A stretch of 64,000 nt of DNA. It comes from an uncultured Anaerolineales bacterium (GTDB taxonomy: Bacteria > Chloroflexota > Anaerolineae > B4-G1 > SLSP01). Positions 10,641 to 19,007 of the stretch are shown piece by piece (the stretch's first letter is position 1; every line of letters begins with the position of its first letter). The translations under genes were made by a program, and so were the position numbers. The notes beneath the pieces were generated by a model that saw only the letters and a list, made by a program, of their open reading frames with translations, was not told the DNA's origin and made no database searches. The DNA lies in the NCBI GenBank assembly GCA_964504195.1, contig CAZDDI010000004.1:23328-87327 (forward strand). Reading direction: 5' to 3'.

Positions 10641-10692
10641 GGGCAGCGGGCGAGAACGTGTTTTAGAGACCCCCAAAGAAGAAGGTTTTTCT

Positions 10693-11484
10693 TCACGCAT
10701 CACGTTTCACGGCCAGGAACATCCCCTGGCACTTGGGCGCACTGAACGGCCCATCGTTCAATAGCGTTTGTAGCCGCTCTGCAAATGCCTGTTCTTGGGC
10801 GGCATCCCCAGCGGGCCAGGCGATTTGGGTGGAGGAGATGTATGCTGCCACCGGCGCGGCTTCGGTCAGGCGCAGCGCATCCTCGTAGGTGAACAGCGTC
10901 ACGGCCTCAAAATACGGCTCCAACTGCGCCGCGCCGTTCTCCAGCGTGAATTTGGCGACCACCTCAACCGCGCGCGTCACGCTCCCCGGCACGACCTGCT
11001 CGACCAAAGCCCACAGCGCGCGCAAGTTCAGCTCGCCTACGGTAGAGGCGTACAGTTGCCCGCCGGGGCGCAGCACCCGATGCAACTCGCGCACCACGTC
11101 CGCCACGCTCGGCACATGGTAGAGGACATGGTTGGCGATGACAACATCGAAGGTCTGCTCCTCAAACGTGAGCGATTGCGCGCTTTGATGCGAGAAACTA
11201 AAGGCCGGGTGGCCTGCTAGCGATTGCCGGGCAGTCTCCAACATCCCCGCCGAGGCGTCCGTCAGCGTGATGCGCCAGCCGGCAGGCAGCCGCGCCAGAT
11301 TGCGCGCCCAGAGTGTGCTCGTCCCGCAGCCCACTTCGAGGATGTGCGCGTCTGGCGGCAAAGCCAGCAACATATCGAACACCCATTCGAACCAGGGCGT
11401 GGGGTTGACGCTAAAACGTCCATACAAATCAATCCGCTCCTTAAGATTGGCGGAAGTGGCATATTGATTGGTCACAAAAAGCAT
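10693..11484 (-). CDS. Class I SAM-dependent methyltransferase
   Basis: ILEVGCGTSTL motif I; DVVIANHVLYHV; RPGG. Confidence 0.8.
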   Translation of the reverse strand: MLFVTNQYATSANLKERIDLYGRFSVNPTPWFEWVFDMLLALPPDAHILEVGCGTSTLWARNLARLPAGWRITLTDASAGMLETARQSLAGHPAFSFSHQSAQSLTFEEQTFDVVIANHVLYHVPSVADVVRELHRVLRPGGQLYASTVGELNLRALWALVEQVVPGSVTRAVEVVAKFTLENGAAQLEPYFEAVTLFTYEDALRLTEAAPVAAYISSTQIAWPAGDAAQEQAFAERLQTLLNDGPFSAPKCQGMFLAVKRDA

Positions 11485-11487
11485 CGC

Positions 11488-12405
11488 TCACACCTCACGC
11501 ATTTGTAGACGCAACAGCCATACGGCCAGCTCCGTCTCGGTCAGGAAACCCTCCGCCGCGCCCTTATCGCCGATTTTGTACGAGGCGAACACCTGCGCAT
11601 TGCGCAATGCGCGGTAAGGATCGCGCCCCTGCGTGTAGAAGTGGATGAAGGCCGAAAACAGCGCATCCCCCGCGCCGATGGAGTTGACCACGGGCCGAGT
11701 ATGCACGGCGGGGAAGCGCCCCACAAAGCCATCCTCACGCACGGCAAGCAGCGCCCCTTGCGCGCCCAGCCCTATCACCACGATCTCCGCCGGGTAACGC
11801 GCCAACACCTCGCGCGCCCACTGCTCCGGCGGCAGCGGCAACGCTTCATCGCTCATAAAGAGGATGTCGGCAGCGGCCATGAAGTCGCGGTTGTAGTCAT
11901 CGTCCAAGTCCGCGATGGTGTGGACATCGGTAGCAATCCGCACCCCGCACTCCCGCGCCGTGCGTAAAAAGGGCCGTGAGAAGTTGATGTTGCACAGCAC
12001 GGCCAAATCCACTTCCGCCAGCGCCTCGGCGAAGCGGGCGGGCGGATAGGGGCGTTCCTGTGCATCCTTGAGATCCACATGAATCTGGCGGCGACCAGAA
12101 GGCTCATAGAGGATCGCCGATTGTGGCGTTTGGCGCAGCTCGCCCAGCACATGCGTTTGCGGTAGACCGTCGTGGGCAAGTGCGGCGCGCACCAGCTGTG
12201 CCCCCAGGTCATCGCCGATGAGCGAGACAAAGCGCACCGTATTGTCCAGCGTGGTGAGGGCTTTGGTGATATTGTAGCCCACGCCAGAGACAGTGCTGTT
12301 GACGCCCCAGAACGGGAAGTTGACCGGGTTGTACTCCAGCGGGAAGCCCGCCACCCGCAGTGTGGTTTCAATGTTGATGAGACCAGATACCAGAATGGTT
12401 GACAT
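11488..12405 (-). CDS. PfkB-family carbohydrate/nucleoside kinase (ribokinase-like)
   Basis: GAGDALFSAFIHFYTQG anion-hole motif at C-terminus; start MSTILVSG with RBS GAGGT. Confidence 0.75.
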   Translation of the reverse strand: MSTILVSGLINIETTLRVAGFPLEYNPVNFPFWGVNSTVSGVGYNITKALTTLDNTVRFVSLIGDDLGAQLVRAALAHDGLPQTHVLGELRQTPQSAILYEPSGRRQIHVDLKDAQERPYPPARFAEALAEVDLAVLCNINFSRPFLRTARECGVRIATDVHTIADLDDDYNRDFMAAADILFMSDEALPLPPEQWAREVLARYPAEIVVIGLGAQGALLAVREDGFVGRFPAVHTRPVVNSIGAGDALFSAFIHFYTQGRDPYRALRNAQVFASYKIGDKGAAEGFLTETELAVWLLRLQMREV

Positions 12406-12446
12406 AGCAATAACCTCAAATGGCGAACCTACGGGGAAATCTTCAC

Positions 12447-13024
12447 TCACCCCTGCGAGCTAAACCACTTGCCGCCGGTATCGGCAGGCTGGTAGGTATC
12501 GAGATAGGCAAACACATCCGCTACGTCCAGCGCGGCATGATAGAAGGCGCGATAGGGTTTGGCGAAGCGTTCATCGTAGAAATGCTCGAAGAGCGCCAGC
12601 AAGGGCGCGTAGTAATCCTGCTGATTGAGCAACACGATGGGCTTGGTGTGCAATCCCAGCTGGCGCAGCAGGAGCACCTCAGCCACCTCATCGAGCGTGC
12701 CGAAGCCGCCGGGCAACGCCACGAACGCTTCCGCGCGCGCCTCCATGATGGCCTTACGCTCGCGCAGGTCGTTGGTCAACACCAGCTCATCGGCCTCAGC
12801 GTAGGCGATGCCCCGCTCTTTGAAGATGCGCGGAATGACGCCGATCACGCGCCCGCCATGCTCGTGCGTGGCCCGCGCGAGCACGCGCATCAGCCCCACA
12901 TCGCTGCCGCCGTAAACCAGCGTGTCGCCGCGCTGCCCCAACGCGGCCCCTAGCGCGCGCGCCACCTCGAAGTAGCCCGGCGCGACGGCCTCACTCGATG
13001 CACAGTAGACGCAGATATGGGTCA
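12447..13024 (-). CDS. LOG-family cytokinin riboside 5'-monophosphate phosphoribohydrolase (TIGR00730)
   Basis: VYGGSDVGLMRVLA...PGGFGTLDE motifs; RBS GGAGG. Confidence 0.8.
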
Positions 13025-13045
13025 TTGGAGCCTCCTGAGAATGTG

Positions 13046-13064
13046 TGAATGGCGAATGGCGAAT
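13046..13064 (-). promoter_or_regulatory. 5'-leader motif TTCGCCATTCGCCATT (copy 1 of 4) upstream of LOG gene
   Basis: Tandem TTCGCCA repeats ~20 nt upstream of start codon on the coding strand. Confidence 0.45.
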
Positions 13065-13090
13065 AAGACAAAAGCACAAACTTATTGCAA

Positions 13091-13146
13091 ACGACAGACC
13101 ACAATTTGCTCTACAAAGGTCGTCCGTCGTCCGTCGTCTGTGGACA
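13091..13146. repeat. REP-like GC hairpin element (CGACAGACCAC...GTCGTCCGTCGTCCGTCGTCTGTGG), copy 1
   Basis: Near-duplicate at 29858-29924. Confidence 0.5.
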
Positions 13147-13274
13147 AAAGTGCGGGTAAATGTTTACTAAAACAGATTTACCGGCGCGGGTGGCGACTTG
13201 GGTTAGCGTGATGCCCTGAGTCTACCAGAATACAGCTTTCTGGCAAGCAATGGAGGCTATGCTATAATTTATAT

Positions 13275-16200
13275 ATGAACACACAAGCTGCTACCCGCCG
13301 CGAACCGGTAGTGCTGGTAGACCTGCACTGCCACTCGGATGCCAGCCGCGATGGCACTTACACGCCCTCGGCAGTGGCGGATTTCCTCGCGGCTGCGGGC
13401 GTGGTGTACGCCGCCCTCACCGATCATCAAACTGTCGCCGGGCTGTTTCCCTTCCACGCGGCGGCGGCGCTGCACGGCATGGCTGAGTTCGCCGGCGCGG
13501 AGCTCCATGCCACGCTGGATGAGCAAGAGCTGCACCTGCTGGCTTACGGCTTCGAGCCGACCAGCCCAGCGTTGCAGCGGGTGCTCGGCGTCATACCTCC
13601 GGTCGAGCAGACCATCGCCGCCGTCCACCAGGCGGGCGGGATCGTGTTCCTGGCCCATCCCTTGCAATACGGCTGGAGCGAGCGCGAGATGGAAGCCGTC
13701 GCGGATCGCTTGGCCCGCGCCGGGCTGGATGGCCTCGAGGCATTCTACAAGCCTTATCCGCTGGAAACGCAGGAGCGCCTGACCGCGCTCGCCGACCGGT
13801 TGGGCCTGCTCACCTGCGGCGGCAGCGACTATCACGGCCCACAGCACAGCCCCGGCGTGGAAATGCCCATCGCCCGCTGGAAGCAGTTCCGCGAGGCGCT
13901 CGGCGATCCCGCGCGCAACGGGCAGCCCGCCCCCGCGCGCCCCGATGAGGCCGAGAGCGCCGAGAGTACCGCGCCGGTTAACTGGCGCGGCCTGCTGCTA
14001 CAAATCGTGCTGCCCGCGCTGCTGGTCATTGGCGTCTTCGTGATCTTGCTCTTCGGCGTGCTGATCCCCACGATGCAGCAGCGGCTCCTCGACCGCAAAC
14101 GCGACATGGCGGTGCAGCTCACCAACTCCGCGTGGAGCATCCTCTGGGAGTACCACCGCGAGGCGCAGGCCGGGCGGCTCAGCCTGGAGCAGGCGCAACA
14201 GGAAGCTATCGAGCGCGTGCGGGGCCTACGCTATGGGCCGGAGAGCAAGGATTACTTCTGGATTACCGACCTGCACCCGCGCATGGTCATGCACCCTTAC
14301 TTGCCTGATCTGGAAGGCGCCGACCTCAGCGACTTCACCGACCCCGAAGGCGTGCGCCCATTCGTGGAATTTGTCGCCGTCGTCCGCAACGATGCCTCTG
14401 GCTTCGTGCGCTACGTCTGGCAGTGGCAGGATGATCCCGATCGCTTAGAGCCGAAGGAATCTTATGTGCGCGGCTTCGCGCCCTGGGGCTGGATCATCGG
14501 GACGGGCCTGTATGAGGACGATGTCCGGCAGGAGATCGCCGTCATCACCCAGCGCATGGTGGATGCCTCGTTCATCGTCACGGCGCTCGCCACCGGGCTG
14601 CTGCTGCTCATCGCCTACCAGAGCCTCAAACTGGAGCGCCGCCGCAGCGCAGCAGAGCAGGCTTTGCGGCTCTCGCACGAGCGTTACCGCGCCCTGGTCG
14701 AATCGGCCACCAGCGGCACGCTGCTGCTGCTGAACGGGCGCTGCACTTACGCCAACACCACGCTGCTGGAGATGCTGGGCTACACAGCGGCGGAGCTCGC
14801 GTTCTTCGATATTCAGGACATCGTGCTGGTGGATGCCGAAGGCGCTGCCGCCGACCACTTGCAGCGCATCCTCAGCGGCGGGGAGGTGCGCGCGCCGTTT
14901 GAGGCCCGCCTCAAGCGCAAGAACGGGCGCACTGTGCCGGTGCTGCTCTCGGCGACCGCCGTGTTCTTCTCCGGGCGGCAGGGGATGATCCTCAGCGTGC
15001 AAGACCTCACGCAGCACCGCGCCATGCAATCCGCCGCCGAGCGCGACCGGCTGATCTCACAGCTGCAAACGTCCTCGCTCTTCCTCACCGAGCCGGTGGG
15101 CGACTCGATGGCCCCGCCGCTCACCTGCGCGCTCGATACGCCCATCGCTCGCGCGGTGCGACAGATGAGCCGCAACGATGCGGATGCCATCATTGTGACC
15201 ACCGCCGAGGGCGAGCCGGTGGGCATGATGAGCGATCACGACATCCGCAAGCGGGTGGTGGCGGTGGGTCTGGATGCGCAGCTGCCGGTGTCGCGGATTA
15301 TGAGCGCGCCGCTCGTCACCATCAGCGAAAACGCGCCGCTGTTCGAGGCGTTCCTGCTAGAGCGCGAGTGCAACGTGCGGCATCTGGCGGTGACGGATAG
15401 CGGCGGCGCGCTGGTGGGCATCATCCAGAGCAGCCGGGCGTTGCAGCCGGATCGCTACTCGCTGGTGGCGTTCACCCACCGCATCCGCCGTGCGCAACGG
15501 GTTGGGGAGCTGGTCGAATGCTACCGCGACCTGCCCGCGCTGGTCGGCGCGCTGGTGGAAGCGGGCGCACTACCGCAGAACATCTGCCACGTCACCACCT
15601 CCGTCTCCGACGCCATCACCGAGCGGGTCATCACGCTGGCGTTGGAGGAGCTGGGGACGCCGCCGGTCCCCTTCGCCTTCGTCGCGCTGGGCAGCGAGGC
15701 GCGGCAGGAGCAAACGCTGGCGACCGACCAGGACAACGCGCTGATCTACGCCGATCCCCCGCCGGACGCGCCCGATGTGGCGGCGTACTTCCTGCGACTG
15801 GGGGAGTTTGTCTGCGACGCACTGGATCGCATCGGCTACCGCTATTGCAAGGGCGGCACGATGGCGAAGAATCCACGCTGGAATCAGCCGCTCAGCCGGT
15901 GGAAGCAGTATGTGGCGGAATGGATCGCCGAGCCGGATGAGCAGGCGTTGGCGCACTGCAACATCTTCTTCGATCACCGCTGCGTCTACGGCGACCGGTC
16001 GCTGGTGAGCGCGTGGTGGGAGCATATCGCCCACATCGTCGCCGCGCGCCCGGCCTTTTTCTCCTACATGGCGCTGAAGACGCTTCAGTACAAGCCACCG
16101 CTGGGCCTGTTCGGGCGGATCGTGACCGGCGCGGACGGCGCGGCCCCCAACACCTTCAACATTAAAGAGGCCATGCTGCCCATCATCAACTTCGCGCGGC

Positions 16201-16496
16201 TCTACGCCCTCAAGCACGGGTTGGAGGAAACGGATACCTTCAGCCGCTTGGAGCGGCTCTCGACGCTGGGCGTGCTGCAAGAGGAGAGCTATCGGGGCAT
16301 CTACCAGGCGTACAGCCACCTGATGCAGCTGCGCTACCAGCATCAAGTGGCGTTGCTCAAGGCGGGGCGCGAGCCGGACAACGCCATTGATCCGCGTGCG
16401 CTCACGCAGATCGAGGTGGGCATCCTCAAGAATACCTTCGCGCAGATCTCGGCGATCCAGAAGAAGGTGGGGTACGATTTCCGCGCGGGGGGGTGA
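13275..16496 (+). CDS. Multidomain sensor: PHP phosphoesterase - TM - sCache_2 - TM - PAS - CBS pair - DUF294 nucleotidyltransferase
   Basis: PHP: VDLHCHSDASRDG, TDH, AHP. Cache: YFWITD...PWGWIIGTGLYEDD. CBS pair. NTase: ALGSEARQEQTLATDQDNAL. TATAAT lies 8 nt before the ATG, so the mRNA may be leaderless. Confidence 0.8.
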   Translation: MNTQAATRREPVVLVDLHCHSDASRDGTYTPSAVADFLAAAGVVYAALTDHQTVAGLFPFHAAAALHGMAEFAGAELHATLDEQELHLLAYGFEPTSPALQRVLGVIPPVEQTIAAVHQAGGIVFLAHPLQYGWSEREMEAVADRLARAGLDGLEAFYKPYPLETQERLTALADRLGLLTCGGSDYHGPQHSPGVEMPIARWKQFREALGDPARNGQPAPARPDEAESAESTAPVNWRGLLLQIVLPALLVIGVFVILLFGVLIPTMQQRLLDRKRDMAVQLTNSAWSILWEYHREAQAGRLSLEQAQQEAIERVRGLRYGPESKDYFWITDLHPRMVMHPYLPDLEGADLSDFTDPEGVRPFVEFVAVVRNDASGFVRYVWQWQDDPDRLEPKESYVRGFAPWGWIIGTGLYEDDVRQEIAVITQRMVDASFIVTALATGLLLLIAYQSLKLERRRSAAEQALRLSHERYRALVESATSGTLLLLNGRCTYANTTLLEMLGYTAAELAFFDIQDIVLVDAEGAAADHLQRILSGGEVRAPFEARLKRKNGRTVPVLLSATAVFFSGRQGMILSVQDLTQHRAMQSAAERDRLISQLQTSSLFLTEPVGDSMAPPLTCALDTPIARAVRQMSRNDADAIIVTTAEGEPVGMMSDHDIRKRVVAVGLDAQLPVSRIMSAPLVTISENAPLFEAFLLERECNVRHLAVTDSGGALVGIIQSSRALQPDRYSLVAFTHRIRRAQRVGELVECYRDLPALVGALVEAGALPQNICHVTTSVSDAITERVITLALEELGTPPVPFAFVALGSEARQEQTLATDQDNALIYADPPPDAPDVAAYFLRLGEFVCDALDRIGYRYCKGGTMAKNPRWNQPLSRWKQYVAEWIAEPDEQALAHCNIFFDHRCVYGDRSLVSAWWEHIAHIVAARPAFFSYMALKTLQYKPPLGLFGRIVTGADGAAPNTFNIKEAMLPIINFARLYALKHGLEETDTFSRLERLSTLGVLQEESYRGIYQAYSHLMQLRYQHQVALLKAGREPDNAIDPRALTQIEVGILKNTFAQISAIQKKVGYDFRAGG

Positions 16497-16510
16497 GGGC
16501 GGGGAATTTG

Positions 16511-16548
16511 TAGCTTGCTCTATGCAAGTTTTGCATAATCCACAACCT
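16511..16548 (+). promoter_or_regulatory. Predicted sigma70-like promoter (TTGCAT-N15/16-TATAAT) with palindromic operator TATGCAAgttTTGCATA, driving the low-GC island
   Basis: Seen in sequence immediately upstream of the ATPase gene. Confidence 0.45.
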
Positions 16549-16592
16549 GTATATAATCATAGTTATGTTTTTTGCAAAATAGGCGGATCAAG

Positions 16593-17630
16593 ATGGCGAT
16601 ACAAAAATTACAGCTGAAAGAGTTTACAGCTTTTGAGGAAGCTGAATTTTCCTTTTGTCCGGGCATTAACGTGCTTATTGGCGCAAACTCTACCGGCAAA
16701 ACGCATGTATTGAAAGCTATGTACACTTTACTCAAAGTGTGCGAACGGGCTGAACTCGATAAAATCGCTGATCCTGACAAGCTCAATGATATATTGAGTA
16801 ATAAACTTATGGGTGTATTCAAACCCGATACAGTCGGACGATTACGACGGCGCGGGCGAGGACGCGGCACAGGTATAATTACTCTGGATTATGACGATAT
16901 TCCATTGACTGCAGCTATTAGCACACAAAACAATGTTCATCTTGAATACAAGCACCTTCCCACACCGCAACCTTCTGTTTATTTGCCGGTTCACGAATTC
17001 GTTTCCGTTTACCCAGGATTCATTGCTGCTTATAGCAAACGGGAAACAGCTTTTGATGAGACATATTTCGATTTGAGTATTGCCTTAAATGCGACTTTGC
17101 TGCAGCCTGGAGCGCGCCAGACCAAGATTGATGAATTAGTAAAACCATTGGAAAGTGCAATCGGAGGCAAAATCACTCAAGAGAATGGGCGTTTCTATTT
17201 CAAATTAGGGGGAAAATTTGAAGCTCCGCTCGTTGCAGAGGGCTATCGCAAACTAGGGGGGTTAATCTATCTCATCCTCAACGGCTCCCTGACACAAAAC
17301 GGCATCCTATTCTGGGATGAACCAGAAGCCAATCTCAATCCCAACCTGGTAACTGTAGTTACCAAGATGCTACAAATTCTGGCAAATTCTGGAATCCAGA
17401 TCTTCATCGCTACCCACGATTACCTGCTGAGCCAAGAATTATCACTCGTCGCAGAATACGAACCAGAAACCGTAAATATGCGCTTTTTTGCACTACACAA
17501 ACCCAATCGGCGCACAGGCGGGGTGGCGGTAGAAACAGGCGCATCCCTGGTCGAAATAGAACATAACCCCATCCTGGCCGAATTTGCCGCGCATTATGAC
17601 CGGGAAGCACGCCGTTTCCAACAAGCCTAG
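16593..17630 (+). CDS. ABC-type ATPase of the AAA_15/AAA_21 (OLD/RecF-like) family
   Basis: Walker A GANSTGKT; Walker B/D-loop ILFWDEPEANLNP; H-loop IFIATHD. Low-GC context. ORF-track start at 16572 is TTG; ATG at 16593 is preferred. Confidence 0.8.
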   Translation: MAIQKLQLKEFTAFEEAEFSFCPGINVLIGANSTGKTHVLKAMYTLLKVCERAELDKIADPDKLNDILSNKLMGVFKPDTVGRLRRRGRGRGTGIITLDYDDIPLTAAISTQNNVHLEYKHLPTPQPSVYLPVHEFVSVYPGFIAAYSKRETAFDETYFDLSIALNATLLQPGARQTKIDELVKPLESAIGGKITQENGRFYFKLGGKFEAPLVAEGYRKLGGLIYLILNGSLTQNGILFWDEPEANLNPNLVTVVTKMLQILANSGIQIFIATHDYLLSQELSLVAEYEPETVNMRFFALHKPNRRTGGVAVETGASLVEIEHNPILAEFAAHYDREARRFQQA

Positions 17631-17645
17631 CCCAGGAACGCCGCG

Positions 17646-18206
17646 ATGTCACACATTTTTCCCGAAGACCGCCTTGAGTTTTGTTTTTCCGATGCGTGGC
17701 ATGTTATCAAGTTTGATGAATGCCCAGAATATCAACGCTTGGCGCAAGAAAGCGGGAAGCAGAATTTGCCCGGAACAAAAGGGGTGGATTTTGTAGGAAT
17801 TTGGAATGAGGTGCTATATTTCATCGAAGTCAAGGATTTCCGCACCTATCGCATTGAAAATCGGCCCAGGTTAGAAGAGGGAACGTTAGCGATCGAGCTG
17901 GGGCAAAAAGTGCGCAGCTCCATTGCCTGTCTGATCGGATTCTATCGCACATCACCGACGCCCGAACTCTGGACCCCCTTTGCGCACTTGTTATGCACGT
18001 CCACGCGGCGCATCAAGGTTGTGCTCTGGTTAGAACACGAGCTACCCCTGCATCCTGTTATGCAGCGCAAAGCCTTGAATTCACTACATATCAAAAATTT
18101 CAAACCCCGCTTGCAGTGGATCACCCCGTATGTGTTCATATCGAACCAGGAGACCAATGTCCTTACCGGCGTCGAGGTGCATAACTTGCCACATCCCCAA
18201 TTATAA
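17646..18206 (+). CDS. Small hypothetical protein with PD-(D/E)xK-like motif (GVDFVGIW...FIEVKDF); putative nuclease effector
   Basis: Sits 16 nt downstream of the ATPase stop, so operonic; D-x13-E-x-K spacing. Confidence 0.5.
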   Translation: MSHIFPEDRLEFCFSDAWHVIKFDECPEYQRLAQESGKQNLPGTKGVDFVGIWNEVLYFIEVKDFRTYRIENRPRLEEGTLAIELGQKVRSSIACLIGFYRTSPTPELWTPFAHLLCTSTRRIKVVLWLEHELPLHPVMQRKALNSLHIKNFKPRLQWITPYVFISNQETNVLTGVEVHNLPHPQL

Positions 18207-18235
18207 ATGCCGCTTACCATACAGAGGGAAGTACA

Positions 18236-18472
18236 ATGTCAACCAACATGAACTCACAGGCACCAAATTCTGGCCTGCTGCAAGAAGCTCAGGCGCGTTT
18301 GCACAACTTATCGCCAGGACGCTTGCGCGTCGCCAATGATTTTCTGACCTATTTGCAGGAACGGGAAGAAAACGAAGCTACGCAGGAACTATTGGAGATT
18401 CCAGGTTTTCTATCCGCATTTCACCAGGCCACAGCGCAGGCAGAGACGGGTGAGACAAAGGTGATCCAATGA
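18236..18472 (+). CDS. Small hypothetical protein (78 aa), antitoxin-like (DUF2281-like C-terminus)
   Basis: RBS GAGGGA; LRVANDFLTYLQEREENE. Confidence 0.45.
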   Translation: MSTNMNSQAPNSGLLQEAQARLHNLSPGRLRVANDFLTYLQEREENEATQELLEIPGFLSAFHQATAQAETGETKVIQ

Positions 18473-18511
18473 ATACACCATACCCCGTTAGGCAGTACCG
18501 GAGGTAATACC

Positions 18512-18874
18512 ATGATTGAGGCGACCTTCTTCGATTGCTGTGAAGTGCGCATGGGATCTCCCTCCGAGGTCTGCTCGCTACGGCTGCAGGGGTCCTGGTT
18601 ACCTCCTGGCCTTAATGAGCAGAGGGAGTGGGTCAGGGTCTCGGCCAGCAATAGGGACAGGAGCTTGCTTGCACTGGCGCGTTGGGATATCCAAGAGAAT
18701 GCACCCGGCTTTCGCTTGCTCGTCATTGACACACACAACAAAAGCGTCACTGAATCCCATAGGCTGGAAGGGTGCTGCGAGAGTTTAGCATTCGAAGAAG
18801 GTAAACTTATATGGCATTCTTTTGGTCTTTCGGAGTCGGGGCATTCCGGTGTCCTTGAGCTAGCCACCACCTAG
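18512..18874 (+). CDS. Hypothetical protein (120 aa)
   Basis: RBS GGAGGT 9 nt upstream; no family recognised. Confidence 0.45.
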   Translation: MIEATFFDCCEVRMGSPSEVCSLRLQGSWLPPGLNEQREWVRVSASNRDRSLLALARWDIQENAPGFRLLVIDTHNKSVTESHRLEGCCESLAFEEGKLIWHSFGLSESGHSGVLELATT

Positions 18875-18949
18875 CGAGAACAAAATTCTGCCACTTAACA
18901 GTCTTTCGCACAAACCTTGAGCCGTTCTCAGAAATATAAGACAGGTTCA

Positions 18950-18995
18950 AAAACAAACAGGCCCGCATCTTCAAAGATGCGGGCCTGTTTGCTAA
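18950..18995. terminator. Bidirectional intrinsic terminator (aggcccgcatc-ttcaaa-gatgcgggcct) between convergent genes
   Basis: 11-bp perfect stem; T-rich on minus side (tttgtttttg). Confidence 0.6.
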
Positions 18996-19007
18996 ACGAT
19001 TTGTAAC

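Noticed and set aside
13269-16346. Multiple minus-strand ORFs (192 aa, 194 aa, 258 aa) inside the PHP-NTase gene
   Set aside because: They are antisense to a gene with clear multi-domain homology, and their composition is an artefact.
16572-16592. ORF-track start of the ATPase at 16572
   Set aside because: It is a TTG codon inside the predicted promoter/operator. The ATG at 16593 (MAIQKLQLKEF, the canonical AAA_15 N-terminus) is preferred.
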